From contig JANNFI010000044.1 in the NCBI GenBank assembly GCA_031379665.1, positions 13,574 to 77,573 on the forward strand: a DNA stretch of 64,000 nucleotides. The letters run 5' to 3'. Positions 18,130 through 27,709 of this stretch are shown one piece after another. The notes under the pieces were generated by a model, which had not been told where the DNA came from, searched no databases, and worked only from the letters and a program-made list of their open reading frames with translations. The stretch is from Ignavibacteria bacterium (GTDB lineage Bacteria > Bacteroidota > Ignavibacteria > UBA10030 > SZUA-254). How positions within the stretch are numbered: the stretch's first letter is position 1; the number at the start of each line of letters is the position of its first letter. The translations under genes were made by a program, and so were the position numbers.

Positions 18130-21100
18130 ATGTTTGCGCGTTTGATCAACCTCCTCCGGTTCCCCTGTTCCCGTGTCGTCCTCGTCCTCGTCCTGGCGAT
18201 CGCCTCTCGCGTGCCGGCGCGCTCGCAGGCGACGGGCGCCTCGGTCGATACCCTCATCAGCGCATCCCCGGGCGACACCCTCCTGATGCTCGGCACTCAG
18301 TTCGTCCTTCCGGGCAGCCTCACCCTCAGCCTCGGCGCCGACACCCTCGTCCCGGGGTCGGACTTCATCCTCGACGGGCGTAATGGCGTCGTGCGTTTTT
18401 CCGCACCTGCGGCATCCTACAGCCGCGACGCCACGGGGTCTGCTATCTTTCGGGCCCGCTACGAATTTCTCCCCTTCACGTTCAGGGATGCCTACCGGCT
18501 CCGCTCACCGGTCATCCTCAGGGATACCGCGACGGGGAGGGTCGACACCATCTACCGCACGGCGGCCGACTTCACATCGGAGGATTTCTTCGGCACGCGA
18601 CTGCGCAAGAGCGGGTCGCTGGTCAGGGGGGTCCAGGCCGGAAGCGACCGGGACCTGACCCTCAACTCCGGTTTCCGGCTCCAAATGTCGGGCAACCTCT
18701 CCGACGACCTTGAAATCCTCGCATCGCTCACCGACGAGAACAGCCCGCTGCAGGCCGAGGGGACGACGCAGAGTCTCCAGGAACTGGACCGCGTCTTCAT
18801 TGAGCTTCGCAGTCCCGGGGCCGGCGCAACGGTGGGAGACCTCTTCCTCGGATTTTCGGAGGGGGAGTTCGGCCGCCTCACGAGGAAGCTCCGGGGGGCG
18901 CTCGGATCCTGGACTTCCCGGGCCCCGTCGCTCAGGGGCGGCGCCGAGGCGGGAGCCGCCTCCGTCCGGGGGAAGTATACGTCCAATGAAATCCAGGGGA
19001 TCGACGGGGTACAGGGGCCCTATCGCCTCGTCGGGGGAAACAACGAATACCCCGTCATCGTCATCGCGGGGACCGAGCGGGTCTTCATCGATGGCCGGGA
19101 GGTGACACGGGGACTGATGAACGATTACACGGTCGATTACAGCCTCGGCGAGGTGACCTTCACTTCCCGCCGCCGGATCACGTTCGCGTCGAGGATCGTT
19201 GTTGAATTCGAACACACCGATCAGCGCTACGCCAGGAATCTCCTGGGCGCGCGCGCGCGCCTCGCTTCGGACGACGGGGGCTGGAGCATCGGGGGGATGG
19301 CGGCCCGCGAGGACGACGACGAAGACGCGCTCCAGGACGCGAGCCTCACGTCGGAGGACAGGGAGATCCTGGCCGCAGCGGGGGACTCGCCGGCCCTCGC
19401 CGCCCGTTCGGGAGTCGTGTTCGCCGGGCCGGGGAAGGGAAAATATGAACTGAGGGATACGACGCTCCTTTTCCCCCCGCCCGCAGGGCTGATCGACACC
19501 TCGATCCTGGTCTACAACCCTTCGGACACCGCGCTGGCCCTCTACAATGCGACGTTTACCTTCATCCGGAGCGGCGGGGGGGATTATGAAAAAATTTCCA
19601 CAGGGCATTACCGGTATGCGGGGCCCGGGAACGGATCGTACCTTCCGGTGGTCGTCCTCCCGTTCGCCGAGCGGCACGATTTCGCCAATGTGGCGGTCGC
19701 CGGTTCACTCACCGGCGGCCTCAGCGTGGCGGGCGAATACGCCGCGTCGTCGTTCGACCGGAACACCTTCTCCGGGCTCGACGACGAGGACAACGAGGGC
19801 GGGGCATATGATGTTTCCGTCAGGTTCGCCAGGCCGGGGGTGTCGGTCGCAGGCGTGACTCTCGCGGCGATCGAGTTGAAGGCGCGGCAGCGCGAAACCG
19901 GCAGGGATTTCAGTCCGCTCGAGCGCTACGATGAAGTCGAATTCAAACGGAACTGGAACACGGGTAATGAACGGACCGGGCGCGACCTGTTGCGGGACGC
20001 GGAAATCACCCTCACCCCCGTGGCGCCGCTCTCGATCGACGGGTATGTCGGGAACCTGAAACGGGGAGACCTCTTCTCCTCGGCGCGGTATTCAACCGCG
20101 CTCCGATATGGCGACGAGCTGCGCTACTCGGCCGAGTTGCTCCGGAGCGACGACGGCGAGGCCGCACTCACCTCCGAACGGTGGAGGCAGGAGGGCGCGG
20201 GCCGGGTCGCAATCGGAATGGTCGTCCCCCGGGTCCACGCCAGCGGCGAGCGGTTCAGCGAGCGGGAGCCCGGCGTCGACACGCTCCGTCCCGCGAGTTA
20301 CGGGTTTGGCGAAATCACACCCGGCATATCGGTGGACAGCGTCCTCGACATGAGTTTTTCCGCGGACTTCGGTATCCGGCGCGACGACTCGGTCCGCAAC
20401 GGAAGGTTGACCCCCGCCGTGCTGTCCTATCTCCAGACGTACGGCTGGAAATACGACGGGGGGGGATGGGTGAGTACCGGTCTCGACCTCCTCCTGCAGA
20501 AACGACAGTTCGATCCCGACTTCGTACAAAGAAAGACGGAGAATAACGCCCTCGTCCGTTCGCTGACTCGCCTGACCCCGTGGAATCGCGCCCTCCAGGC
20601 CGATCTTTTCTACGAGGTAAGCCCGGAACAATCGGCGAAACAGGAACGCCTATTCATGCAGGTCTCGTCGGGAACGGGAAACTACCGCTACGCGGGTGAT
20701 CTCAACGGAAACGGGATCGTCGACGAGCCCGATTTCCGGCCGACACGGTACGATGCGGATTACGTCCTGGTCGTCGTACCCACCGACAACGTCGTCCCGG
20801 TCCTCAACCTGAAGTCGAGCGCCCGGGTGCGGTTCGATCTGTTACGCGCCTTCGCTCCCGGGGGGGGCGGGGCCGCCGGGCTACTTTCCCCGCTCTCTGG
20901 AGAGACCTACATCCGCGTCGAGGAAAAAAGTACCGACACAATCAAGAGCAACGTCTACCTCCTGAAGCTCCATACGTTCCGCGATCCGGCCCGGACGCTG
21001 CAGGGATCGGTCTATTTCCTCCAGGAAATCAATCTCTTCGAATCCGACCCCGGGTTTTCTGTCAAATTCAGGTTTCAGCAGAAGCGGGGGTTCACACAGC

Positions 21101-21639
21101 TCTCGACCGGCGACGAGGCCGCCTACTCCCGGGAGCGGGGGGTGAGAGTGCGCTGGGCGCTCGGCGATGAACTCACGAACCAGGCTGAATTACGCCATGT
21201 GACGGACGATGTGGCCGCGGCGGCCGGTTCTTCACGGAACAGATCGGTCAGGGCCACGTTACTCGATTTCGACTGGACCTATCGCCCCGAAGGAGACATT
21301 GAATCCACCTTCGGTCTGAGCCTGGGAGACGCGAATAATTACGAACTCAGTTCGGCGGCGTTGAACGCCCAACGCCTCTCAGTCTCATACCTCCTTCCAA
21401 ACACCGGGCGTGTTCGCGCTGATTTCAGGAGGGAGGAAGCGGTGATCACGGGGAGCACTGCCGACCTGCCGTTCGAACTGACGCAGGGACGAATTCGTGG
21501 AACCACATGGGTTTGGGGTTTTGGTTCTGAATACCGCTTGACCCGATTCCTCGAATCTTCAATGAGGTATGAAGGACGAAACGAGGGGATCCTGCCGACG
21601 GTCCACTCGGGCGACCTGGAGGTGCGGGCATTTTTTTGA
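18130..21639 (+). CDS. Very large (~1170 aa) exported, probably outer-membrane, hypothetical protein
   Basis: Signal peptide after ATG at 18130 (in frame with the 17797 ORF), GPYRL...GTERVFIDG...DYTVDY..GEVTF segment, amphipathic strands, C-terminal RAFF. Confidence 0.8.
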   Translation: MFARLINLLRFPCSRVVLVLVLAIASRVPARSQATGASVDTLISASPGDTLLMLGTQFVLPGSLTLSLGADTLVPGSDFILDGRNGVVRFSAPAASYSRDATGSAIFRARYEFLPFTFRDAYRLRSPVILRDTATGRVDTIYRTAADFTSEDFFGTRLRKSGSLVRGVQAGSDRDLTLNSGFRLQMSGNLSDDLEILASLTDENSPLQAEGTTQSLQELDRVFIELRSPGAGATVGDLFLGFSEGEFGRLTRKLRGALGSWTSRAPSLRGGAEAGAASVRGKYTSNEIQGIDGVQGPYRLVGGNNEYPVIVIAGTERVFIDGREVTRGLMNDYTVDYSLGEVTFTSRRRITFASRIVVEFEHTDQRYARNLLGARARLASDDGGWSIGGMAAREDDDEDALQDASLTSEDREILAAAGDSPALAARSGVVFAGPGKGKYELRDTTLLFPPPAGLIDTSILVYNPSDTALALYNATFTFIRSGGGDYEKISTGHYRYAGPGNGSYLPVVVLPFAERHDFANVAVAGSLTGGLSVAGEYAASSFDRNTFSGLDDEDNEGGAYDVSVRFARPGVSVAGVTLAAIELKARQRETGRDFSPLERYDEVEFKRNWNTGNERTGRDLLRDAEITLTPVAPLSIDGYVGNLKRGDLFSSARYSTALRYGDELRYSAELLRSDDGEAALTSERWRQEGAGRVAIGMVVPRVHASGERFSEREPGVDTLRPASYGFGEITPGISVDSVLDMSFSADFGIRRDDSVRNGRLTPAVLSYLQTYGWKYDGGGWVSTGLDLLLQKRQFDPDFVQRKTENNALVRSLTRLTPWNRALQADLFYEVSPEQSAKQERLFMQVSSGTGNYRYAGDLNGNGIVDEPDFRPTRYDADYVLVVVPTDNVVPVLNLKSSARVRFDLLRAFAPGGGGAAGLLSPLSGETYIRVEEKSTDTIKSNVYLLKLHTFRDPARTLQGSVYFLQEINLFESDPGFSVKFRFQQKRGFTQLSTGDEAAYSRERGVRVRWALGDELTNQAELRHVTDDVAAAAGSSRNRSVRATLLDFDWTYRPEGDIESTFGLSLGDANNYELSSAALNAQRLSVSYLLPNTGRVRADFRREEAVITGSTADLPFELTQGRIRGTTWVWGFGSEYRLTRFLESSMRYEGRNEGILPTVHSGDLEVRAFF

Positions 21640-21729
21640 ACCGTTTCGTTCCACGGTGTTCCACGAGCCAACGCGCGATCTGCGGCGCGTGCCGCTCCCG
21701 GTCGACGAAGACCGAAACCATTTTTTGTC

Positions 21730-21758
21730 TTGCATTTCAAAAAGGAGATTGGTATACT
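21730..21758 (+). promoter_or_regulatory. Sigma70-type promoter upstream of ogt
   Basis: TTGCAT-17 bp-TATACT with extended -10 TG. Confidence 0.6.
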
Positions 21759-21942
21759 ATCACGCGATCCGCTCCGGATCGTTGCAACACAGATCATACC
21801 GTCTTCGATTCACGAAAGAGGAAATGCCCGGGGGGGAAATCGGTCACGTCCGCTGCGCTCATCTCTTTGTTCGTCCGTTATTCATCCTTAATTCACACTA
21901 CTCACCAACGATTGAAGAAAAAGTTTTATCCCCCTACTTCAC

Positions 21943-22566
21943 ATGGCAGAACAGTTTGCAACAAGTGAGGCGACAAGGGTTTCAGGTTTGATCAGGAAGA
22001 AATTCCGGGGTGATGGTTCGAAGCGGCGTGGCGACGAGGACGATGCCCGCCAGGTGTCGACGAAAGTGTACTGCACGTCATTCGAATCCAAAATCGGGAG
22101 GATCTACGTGGCATCCACCGATCGCGGGGTCTGCAAGATCAGCGTCCCGAAGGAATCGAGGAAGGATTTTTTCGAGTGGCTGAAGAAGCATTTTGACGTC
22201 GACGTCATCATCGACAATCGCTCGAAAAACAAGGATGTTGTCGATCAGCTCAACCGGTATTTCAGTGGAAAGCTGGCCAAGTTCACAGTTCCCGTCGACC
22301 TGATCGGCACTCCGTTCCAGATGCGCGTCTGGAAGGAGCTCTCAAGGATCCCGTATGGGGTCACCTCGACCTACAAGCACGTGTCGCGGAAGGTCTCCGC
22401 TCCCAAAGGCTTCCAGGCAGTCGGGAGGGCCACCGGCCAGAATCCCCTTCCCATCATCATCCCGTGCCACCGGGTGCTGGGCGCCAACGGCGCGATGGTC
22501 GGGTACTCGTGCGGGGTCAAGACGAAGGAACTCCTCCTCCGGCTCGAGGGAGCCATCATCCTCTGA
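21943..22566 (+). CDS. ogt: Methylated-DNA--protein-cysteine methyltransferase
   Basis: GTPFQMRVW, IPYG, AVGRA, active-site PCHRV, LLRLEG. Confidence 0.93.
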   Translation: MAEQFATSEATRVSGLIRKKFRGDGSKRRGDEDDARQVSTKVYCTSFESKIGRIYVASTDRGVCKISVPKESRKDFFEWLKKHFDVDVIIDNRSKNKDVVDQLNRYFSGKLAKFTVPVDLIGTPFQMRVWKELSRIPYGVTSTYKHVSRKVSAPKGFQAVGRATGQNPLPIIIPCHRVLGANGAMVGYSCGVKTKELLLRLEGAIIL

Positions 22567-22620
22567 CCGGCTCCGCCGCGGGCCGCGTCCGACCAGGGAC
22601 GGCCCGGGGTTGTCCGGTGC

Positions 22621-22649
22621 TTGCGAGGCATCGGATATTCCCGTATACT
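22621..22649 (+). promoter_or_regulatory. Sigma70-type promoter upstream of uvrD/pcrA
   Basis: TTGCGA-17 bp-TATACT. Confidence 0.5.
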
Positions 22650-22672
22650 TTTCCCATGCGATCCCGGCCGTC

Positions 22673-24895
22673 ATGTCATTCCTGAACGATCTCAATCCCG
22701 TACAACAAGAGGCTGCCCGGTGTGTTGACGGCCCCCTCCTCGTGCTCGCCGGTCCCGGGAGCGGCAAGACGCGGGTGCTGACCTACCGGATCGCCCACCT
22801 TCTCTCGCTCGGCGTCCCTCCCTGGAAAATCCTCTCGCTCACCTTCACGAACAAGGCGGCGGGGGAGATGCGGGAGCGTATCCTGAAACTGGTCGGGGAA
22901 GACGGTTCGAAGATCTGGATGGGAACATTCCACGCGATGCTCGCGCGAATCATGCGCATCGACGGGGGGGCGCTCGGGTACGGCAGCAATTTCACCATCT
23001 ACGACGCCTCCGACAGCCAGGGCCTCATCAGGAACATCCAGCAGCGCCTCGGCATCCCCGCGCAGCAGTTCTCCACCTCGGGGCTCCAGTCGCGCATCAG
23101 CTCGGCGAAGAACCAGCTCGTCGACCCCGATTCCTATTCCTCCGCTGCCAACGACCTGGTCTCCGAGCGGACGGCTGTCGTCTACGCCGAGTACGAGAAG
23201 CAGTTGCGGCTGAACAATGCCCTCGATTTCGACGACCTGCTGATCCGGCCGATCGACCTCTTCCGGAGGCACCCATCGATCCTGGAAAAATACACTGAGC
23301 GTTTCCATTTCGTCCTGGTGGACGAATACCAGGATACGAACAGGGCGCAATACGTCCTCCTGAGGCTCCTGGTCGAGAAGCGCCGGAACATCTGCGTCGT
23401 TGGCGACGATGCCCAGAGCATCTACTCGTTCCGCGGCGCCGACATCAGGAACATCCTGGAATTCGAGAAGGATTTCCCCGAGGCGAAGGTCGTCAGGCTC
23501 GAACAGAATTACCGCTCCACGGGCACCATCATCGCAGCCGCCGACCACGTCATCCGGAGGAACGCGGACAGGCTCGTGAAGACCCTCTGGACGGAGAATC
23601 CCGGCGGCGAGCCGGTGACGGTGATGACCTGCGACGGGGACCGGGAGGAGGCGGCAGTCGTGGTCAGCGCGATCTTCGACGAGATCAGGTCACACCAGCT
23701 CGACTTCCGCGATTTTGCCGTGATGTACAGGACCAACGCCCAATCCCGCGTATTGGAGGACTCGCTTCGCAGGAACGCCATCCCGTACCGCCTGATCGGC
23801 GGGGTGGAATTCTACCAGCGAAAGGAAATCAAGGACATCCTCGCCTATCTGCGGCTCGTCGTGAACCCGGCGGACAACGAGAGCTTCAACAGGATCATCA
23901 ACGTTCCCGTGCGCGGAATCGGCAACGTGGCGCTCGCCCTCCTCAGGGAGTTCGCCGCGGCGAACGGAGTCGGCCTCCTCGAGGCTGCCCGGAGGGGCGC
24001 CGCAATATCCGGCCTCGGCAAGCGGGCCCACGCGGGGATGGCGGCGTTCGTCAGGATCGTCGACGACCACCGGAAGATCATCACTGAGGTGTCCGCCGGC
24101 GAGTTCACGCGCGTCCTCGTGGACGCGCTCGGAATCCTGCCGCTCCTGAAGGAAGAGGGGACCCCCGAGGCGATGGGTCGCTGGGAAAACATCCAGGAGC
24201 TCCTTTCGGCGCTCACCGAATATTCAGAGACGCGTCCCGACCCCACGCTCGAAAATTTCCTGCAGGAAGTTTCACTCCTCTCGAGCGTTGACCGGAGCGA
24301 CTACGGCAAGAACGCGGTCACCCTCCTGACGCTCCATGCGGCCAAGGGCCTTGAATTCCCGGTCGTCTTCATCACCGGGATGGAAGAGGGGATCCTGCCG
24401 CTGTACAACGGGGGGGAGCCCGAGAGGAAGGAGATCGAGGAGGAGCGCCGCCTTTGCTACGTGGGGATGACGAGGGCGAAAACGAGGCTCTACTGCTCGA
24501 ACGCCAAGGTGCGCCACCGTTTCGGCGAATATCTATCGCAGGTCCAGTCGAGGTTCATCGGGGAGATCCCGCGGGAATTATGCAGGACACTACCCTTCAC
24601 CATGGGCGGAACCGGGAATGCCTCGCCCGGTGGGACCTCCCGAAGGTCTCAGCCCAAGCGCCGGCCGGCAGCCGATGACCGATGGGACCATAGCGACCCC
24701 GAAGTCGACATCGCGGAGTATGCCTCCGATGCAGGGGAACTCAAGCCGGGAATACTCGTCGAACACGAACAGTTCGGGAGGGGAAAGGTGGTGGAAATCG
24801 AGTACGCGGGAGAATCGACCAGGGCCGTCGTCGATTTCCGCGAGCACGGTCCCAAACACCTCATCCTGAAATACGCCAGGCTGAAGAGAGTCTAG
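22673..24895 (+). CDS. pcrA: ATP-dependent DNA helicase UvrD/PcrA
   Basis: LNPVQ, AGPGSGKT, TFTNKAA, VDEYQD, VGDDAQSIY, LEQNYRS, TLHAAKGLEF, EERRLCYVGMTRA, C-terminal Tudor-like HEQFGRG. Confidence 0.95.
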   Translation: MSFLNDLNPVQQEAARCVDGPLLVLAGPGSGKTRVLTYRIAHLLSLGVPPWKILSLTFTNKAAGEMRERILKLVGEDGSKIWMGTFHAMLARIMRIDGGALGYGSNFTIYDASDSQGLIRNIQQRLGIPAQQFSTSGLQSRISSAKNQLVDPDSYSSAANDLVSERTAVVYAEYEKQLRLNNALDFDDLLIRPIDLFRRHPSILEKYTERFHFVLVDEYQDTNRAQYVLLRLLVEKRRNICVVGDDAQSIYSFRGADIRNILEFEKDFPEAKVVRLEQNYRSTGTIIAAADHVIRRNADRLVKTLWTENPGGEPVTVMTCDGDREEAAVVVSAIFDEIRSHQLDFRDFAVMYRTNAQSRVLEDSLRRNAIPYRLIGGVEFYQRKEIKDILAYLRLVVNPADNESFNRIINVPVRGIGNVALALLREFAAANGVGLLEAARRGAAISGLGKRAHAGMAAFVRIVDDHRKIITEVSAGEFTRVLVDALGILPLLKEEGTPEAMGRWENIQELLSALTEYSETRPDPTLENFLQEVSLLSSVDRSDYGKNAVTLLTLHAAKGLEFPVVFITGMEEGILPLYNGGEPERKEIEEERRLCYVGMTRAKTRLYCSNAKVRHRFGEYLSQVQSRFIGEIPRELCRTLPFTMGGTGNASPGGTSRRSQPKRRPAADDRWDHSDPEVDIAEYASDAGELKPGILVEHEQFGRGKVVEIEYAGESTRAVVDFREHGPKHLILKYARLKRV

Positions 24896-24965
24896 GGGTC
24901 CAGCGCTGATCCGTTGAATTTCAATTGAGTTTCAATCGATTGTTTCGTATGTTGCCCCAGCAACC

Positions 24966-25205
24966 ATGAAAAGCCATGACGACAATACGATCCCGGTGGC
25001 CTTCTTCTCGAACGAGATCGAGGCCGAGCTCGCCCAGGCGACGCTCTCGGCGGCGGGCATCGAGTCGGTCCTGAAGTACGAAGATATGGGTGGAATGATG
25101 CCGTCCCTCCTCCAGACCGACGGCGTGGCGCTCCTCGTCAGGAAAGACCAGTACGCCGAAGCGCAGACCGTCCTCACTACGCCCGCGACCGAATCGCCGG
25201 AGTAA
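24966..25205 (+). CDS. DUF2007-like small protein
   Basis: EAELAQATLSAAGIES...LLVRKDQYAEA pattern. Confidence 0.7.
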   Translation: MKSHDDNTIPVAFFSNEIEAELAQATLSAAGIESVLKYEDMGGMMPSLLQTDGVALLVRKDQYAEAQTVLTTPATESPE

Positions 25206-25239
25206 CCCGGCCCCCGATCCATCTACCTGGTCCAGCCTG

Positions 25240-25587
25240 TCAACCCTGTTTCTTCGCGGCGATCGAGTAATAGACCACCAGCCCCAGACCCGCGAACAAG
25301 GTGATCAGTCCGATCATAGCGCCGTCGCGGATTCCGTACACCGCGTCGAGGTAGTTGCCGAGCAGCGTCGCGATCCCCACGAAGACGAACAGGATGCCCC
25401 ACTTCAGCACGCCCAGCGGGTTGGCGCGGAATTGACCGCGCGCGAAGAGCGTCTTGATGTCCTCCGAAGACATCCCTTTTTCGATCATCGTGAGCCGCTC
25501 GCGGTGCCTGCTGGCGATGTGCATGATGATGACGGCGGCTGTAGAGATAAACAGGACGATCGGGATGTAGACTTCCACTTGATCCAT
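25240..25587 (-). CDS. DUF6249-like small membrane protein
   Basis: TM-RHRERLTMIEKG-LKWGILFVFVGIA-TM pattern; AGGAGG SD. Confidence 0.8.
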   Translation of the reverse strand: MDQVEVYIPIVLFISTAAVIIMHIASRHRERLTMIEKGMSSEDIKTLFARGQFRANPLGVLKWGILFVFVGIATLLGNYLDAVYGIRDGAMIGLITLFAGLGLVVYYSIAAKKQG

Positions 25588-25617
25588 GGCAGTACCTCCT
25601 GGCGATGTGAGACGACG

Positions 25618-25659
25618 AACCTTTTACCCTTTTGACCGTACAACGGCGTGCGGGGTTTC
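25618..25659 (-). promoter_or_regulatory. Putative ECF promoter driving the DUF6249 gene
   Basis: Minus strand GAAACC-N16-GGTC-AAAAGGGTAAAAGGTT. Confidence 0.65.
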
Positions 25660-25696
25660 GGCTCCAGCGCGCTTTCCGAAAAATAATTTGTGGGGT

Positions 25697-25739
25697 GAAA
25701 CCTTCCGGACCCAAAACCGGTCGAAAGAGGTAAAAGGTT
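25697..25739 (+). promoter_or_regulatory. Putative autoregulatory ECF promoter of the sigma factor gene
   Basis: GAAACC-N16-GGTC-GAAAGAGGTAAAAGGTT, mirror image of the minus-strand element. Confidence 0.65.
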
Positions 25740-26319
25740 GATTCAACTTTCGGACGAGGAGATTGTCGCACGCCTCAGGAATGGAGAGACGCGGCTGTTC
25801 CCGACGCTCATCGGGCGGTACAGGGACAGGGGTTTTTCGCTCGCGCTCCGGATCCTCAGGAACACTCAGGATGCCGAGGAGGCGCTCCAGGATGCCTTCG
25901 TGCGCGCGTACAACGGTATTGCGAAATTCGAGGGAACGTCTGCGTTTGGGACCTGGTTCTACCGCATCCTCTATAATGTGTGCATGAGCGCGCTGGCGAG
26001 ACGGAAGCAGGTGTCGATCTTCGCCGAGCCGGGCGAGGGCGACCTCCCTGATCCCGGACCGGAGCCGGAGCTGCCAGGGGATTATTCCGGGTTCGAGATG
26101 CGCGACCTCGTTTCGCGGGTGGAATCGGTCGTCTCGAGGATGCCGGCGAAGTACGCTTCAATCATTTCGATGTTCTACGTGCAAGAACTGACGTACGCCG
26201 AAATAGCTGATGTCACGGGGCTCCCGGCGGGGACGGTGAAGACCCATCTCTTCCGGGCCCGGCTCTTGCTCCAGAAGGAAATGCACAAGGAACTAAACCA
26301 GGACACGGTGATCGTATGA
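25738..26319 (+). CDS. ECF RNA polymerase sigma factor (SigW/SigE-like)
   Basis: DAEEALQDAF, FGTWFYRILYN, TYAEIA...GTVKTHLFRAR; TTG start. Confidence 0.93.
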   Translation: MIQLSDEEIVARLRNGETRLFPTLIGRYRDRGFSLALRILRNTQDAEEALQDAFVRAYNGIAKFEGTSAFGTWFYRILYNVCMSALARRKQVSIFAEPGEGDLPDPGPEPELPGDYSGFEMRDLVSRVESVVSRMPAKYASIISMFYVQELTYAEIADVTGLPAGTVKTHLFRARLLLQKEMHKELNQDTVIV

Positions 26320-26873
26320 ACCATCCCGCACGCCAGACACTGCTCGAATACGCCTGGAGCGTTCCCGGAGACCCGGGTTTCTCGGAGACGGCCGAACACA
26401 TCGCCGGATGTCCCCGTTGTCGCGGCGCGCTGGCGGCGGTGCGAGCCGTCGAGCAATCGCTCCACCGGCTCGGCGTGCAGCGTCCGTCCGCGGCGTTCAC
26501 CCGCGATCTGCTGAAGAAGCTCGGGATGCGGGAAACGACGCCGATCTGGTGGACCTTCCTGAAGAATTTCGCCCCAATCCTTGCCTCGGGAGTGGTGGCG
26601 GCGGCGGTGATCGCGCTGGGTTCGTCGACGTCGGGAGATGCGGAGCCGTCGCTCAGGAAATCGCTCTTTGGCGTGCGGCCGGCGATGGAGGCGCTGATGG
26701 CGGGGGTCGATGGATGTACGGCGTGGACGACGGGCATCGCAGCGAAGTACCTCACGTTCAGTCTCGGCTCGGACGCGATTTCCCTGGCGATGTTCCTCTG
26801 CTTCCTCTTCGCCGGGATCGGTCTCCTCGACCGTTTCCTCCTCGGGCCGATGCTCCGCAGAAAAAATTACTGA
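26316..26873 (+). CDS. Zinc-binding (ZAS) membrane anti-sigma factor
   Basis: HxxxCxxC motif (HIAGCPRC), two hydrophobic helices, overlaps the sigma stop codon. Confidence 0.8.
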   Translation: MNHPARQTLLEYAWSVPGDPGFSETAEHIAGCPRCRGALAAVRAVEQSLHRLGVQRPSAAFTRDLLKKLGMRETTPIWWTFLKNFAPILASGVVAAAVIALGSSTSGDAEPSLRKSLFGVRPAMEALMAGVDGCTAWTTGIAAKYLTFSLGSDAISLAMFLCFLFAGIGLLDRFLLGPMLRRKNY

Positions 26874-27700
26874 ACGAACAGGAGCAGGCAGACGCCGAGG
26901 AGGATCCTGTAGACGATGAAGACCATCGTGGAGTGGTTTTTAAGGTACCGCAGGAGTAGCGCGATCGCCGCATAACCCGTTAATCCGCTGGATACCACTG
27001 CCAGCGCCAGGATCGTCAGGTCTCCCTGTGACAGGTGGGCGCGGACCTCATAGAGCTGGTAGAGGCCGCTCGAGAGCACCGCCGGAATGCTTAACAGAAA
27101 CGAAAACCTTGCCGCCGCCTCCCTCGTAAACCCCAGGAACAGCCCTGCCGTGATCGTCGTGCCGGAGCGCGACGCCCCCGGAACCAGCGCCACGGCCTGC
27201 GCCAGGCCGACCAGGACGGCGTCCTTCAGCCCCTTGTCCGCAAGGGTTCTCGTCCGTCGCCCTTTCCGCTCCGCCCACCACAATACCATCGCAAGGAGAA
27301 TGAGGCTCCAGGCTATCACCGTCGGGTCCTTCGTGAGGGTCCCTTCGATCACGCGTTTCAGGAGTAGTCCCAGGAGCACGATCGGGACGGTTCCGACAAC
27401 GATCAGGAACGCGAGCTTCGTCTCCGCGCGAAATCCTTCGAGGCGAGCGCGGGGTAATTCCCGAAGGTCGGAAACCGACGAGCGCAGCATTGAGAGCAGA
27501 TCGTTTCGAAAGTAGGCGAGGATCGAGCCCGCCGTCCCGAGCTGGATGATGGCAATGGTGGCCGTCCACTCACCGGGGGCGTCGGCCCGTATCAGGCCCA
27601 GGAACCTTCCGGCGAGCGTGAGATGTGCGGTGCTGCTGATCGGGAGGAACTCCGTGATGCCCTGAATGATTCCAAGGAGGATCGCGTCGAGGGAGTTCAC
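26867..27700 (-). CDS. uppP: Undecaprenyl-diphosphate phosphatase
   Basis: QGITEFLPISSTAH, PGASRSGTT, AARFSFLLSIP. Confidence 0.96.
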   Translation of the reverse strand: MNSLDAILLGIIQGITEFLPISSTAHLTLAGRFLGLIRADAPGEWTATIAIIQLGTAGSILAYFRNDLLSMLRSSVSDLRELPRARLEGFRAETKLAFLIVVGTVPIVLLGLLLKRVIEGTLTKDPTVIAWSLILLAMVLWWAERKGRRTRTLADKGLKDAVLVGLAQAVALVPGASRSGTTITAGLFLGFTREAAARFSFLLSIPAVLSSGLYQLYEVRAHLSQGDLTILALAVVSSGLTGYAAIALLLRYLKNHSTMVFIVYRILLGVCLLLFVQ

Positions 27701-27709
27701 CGTGCCCCG

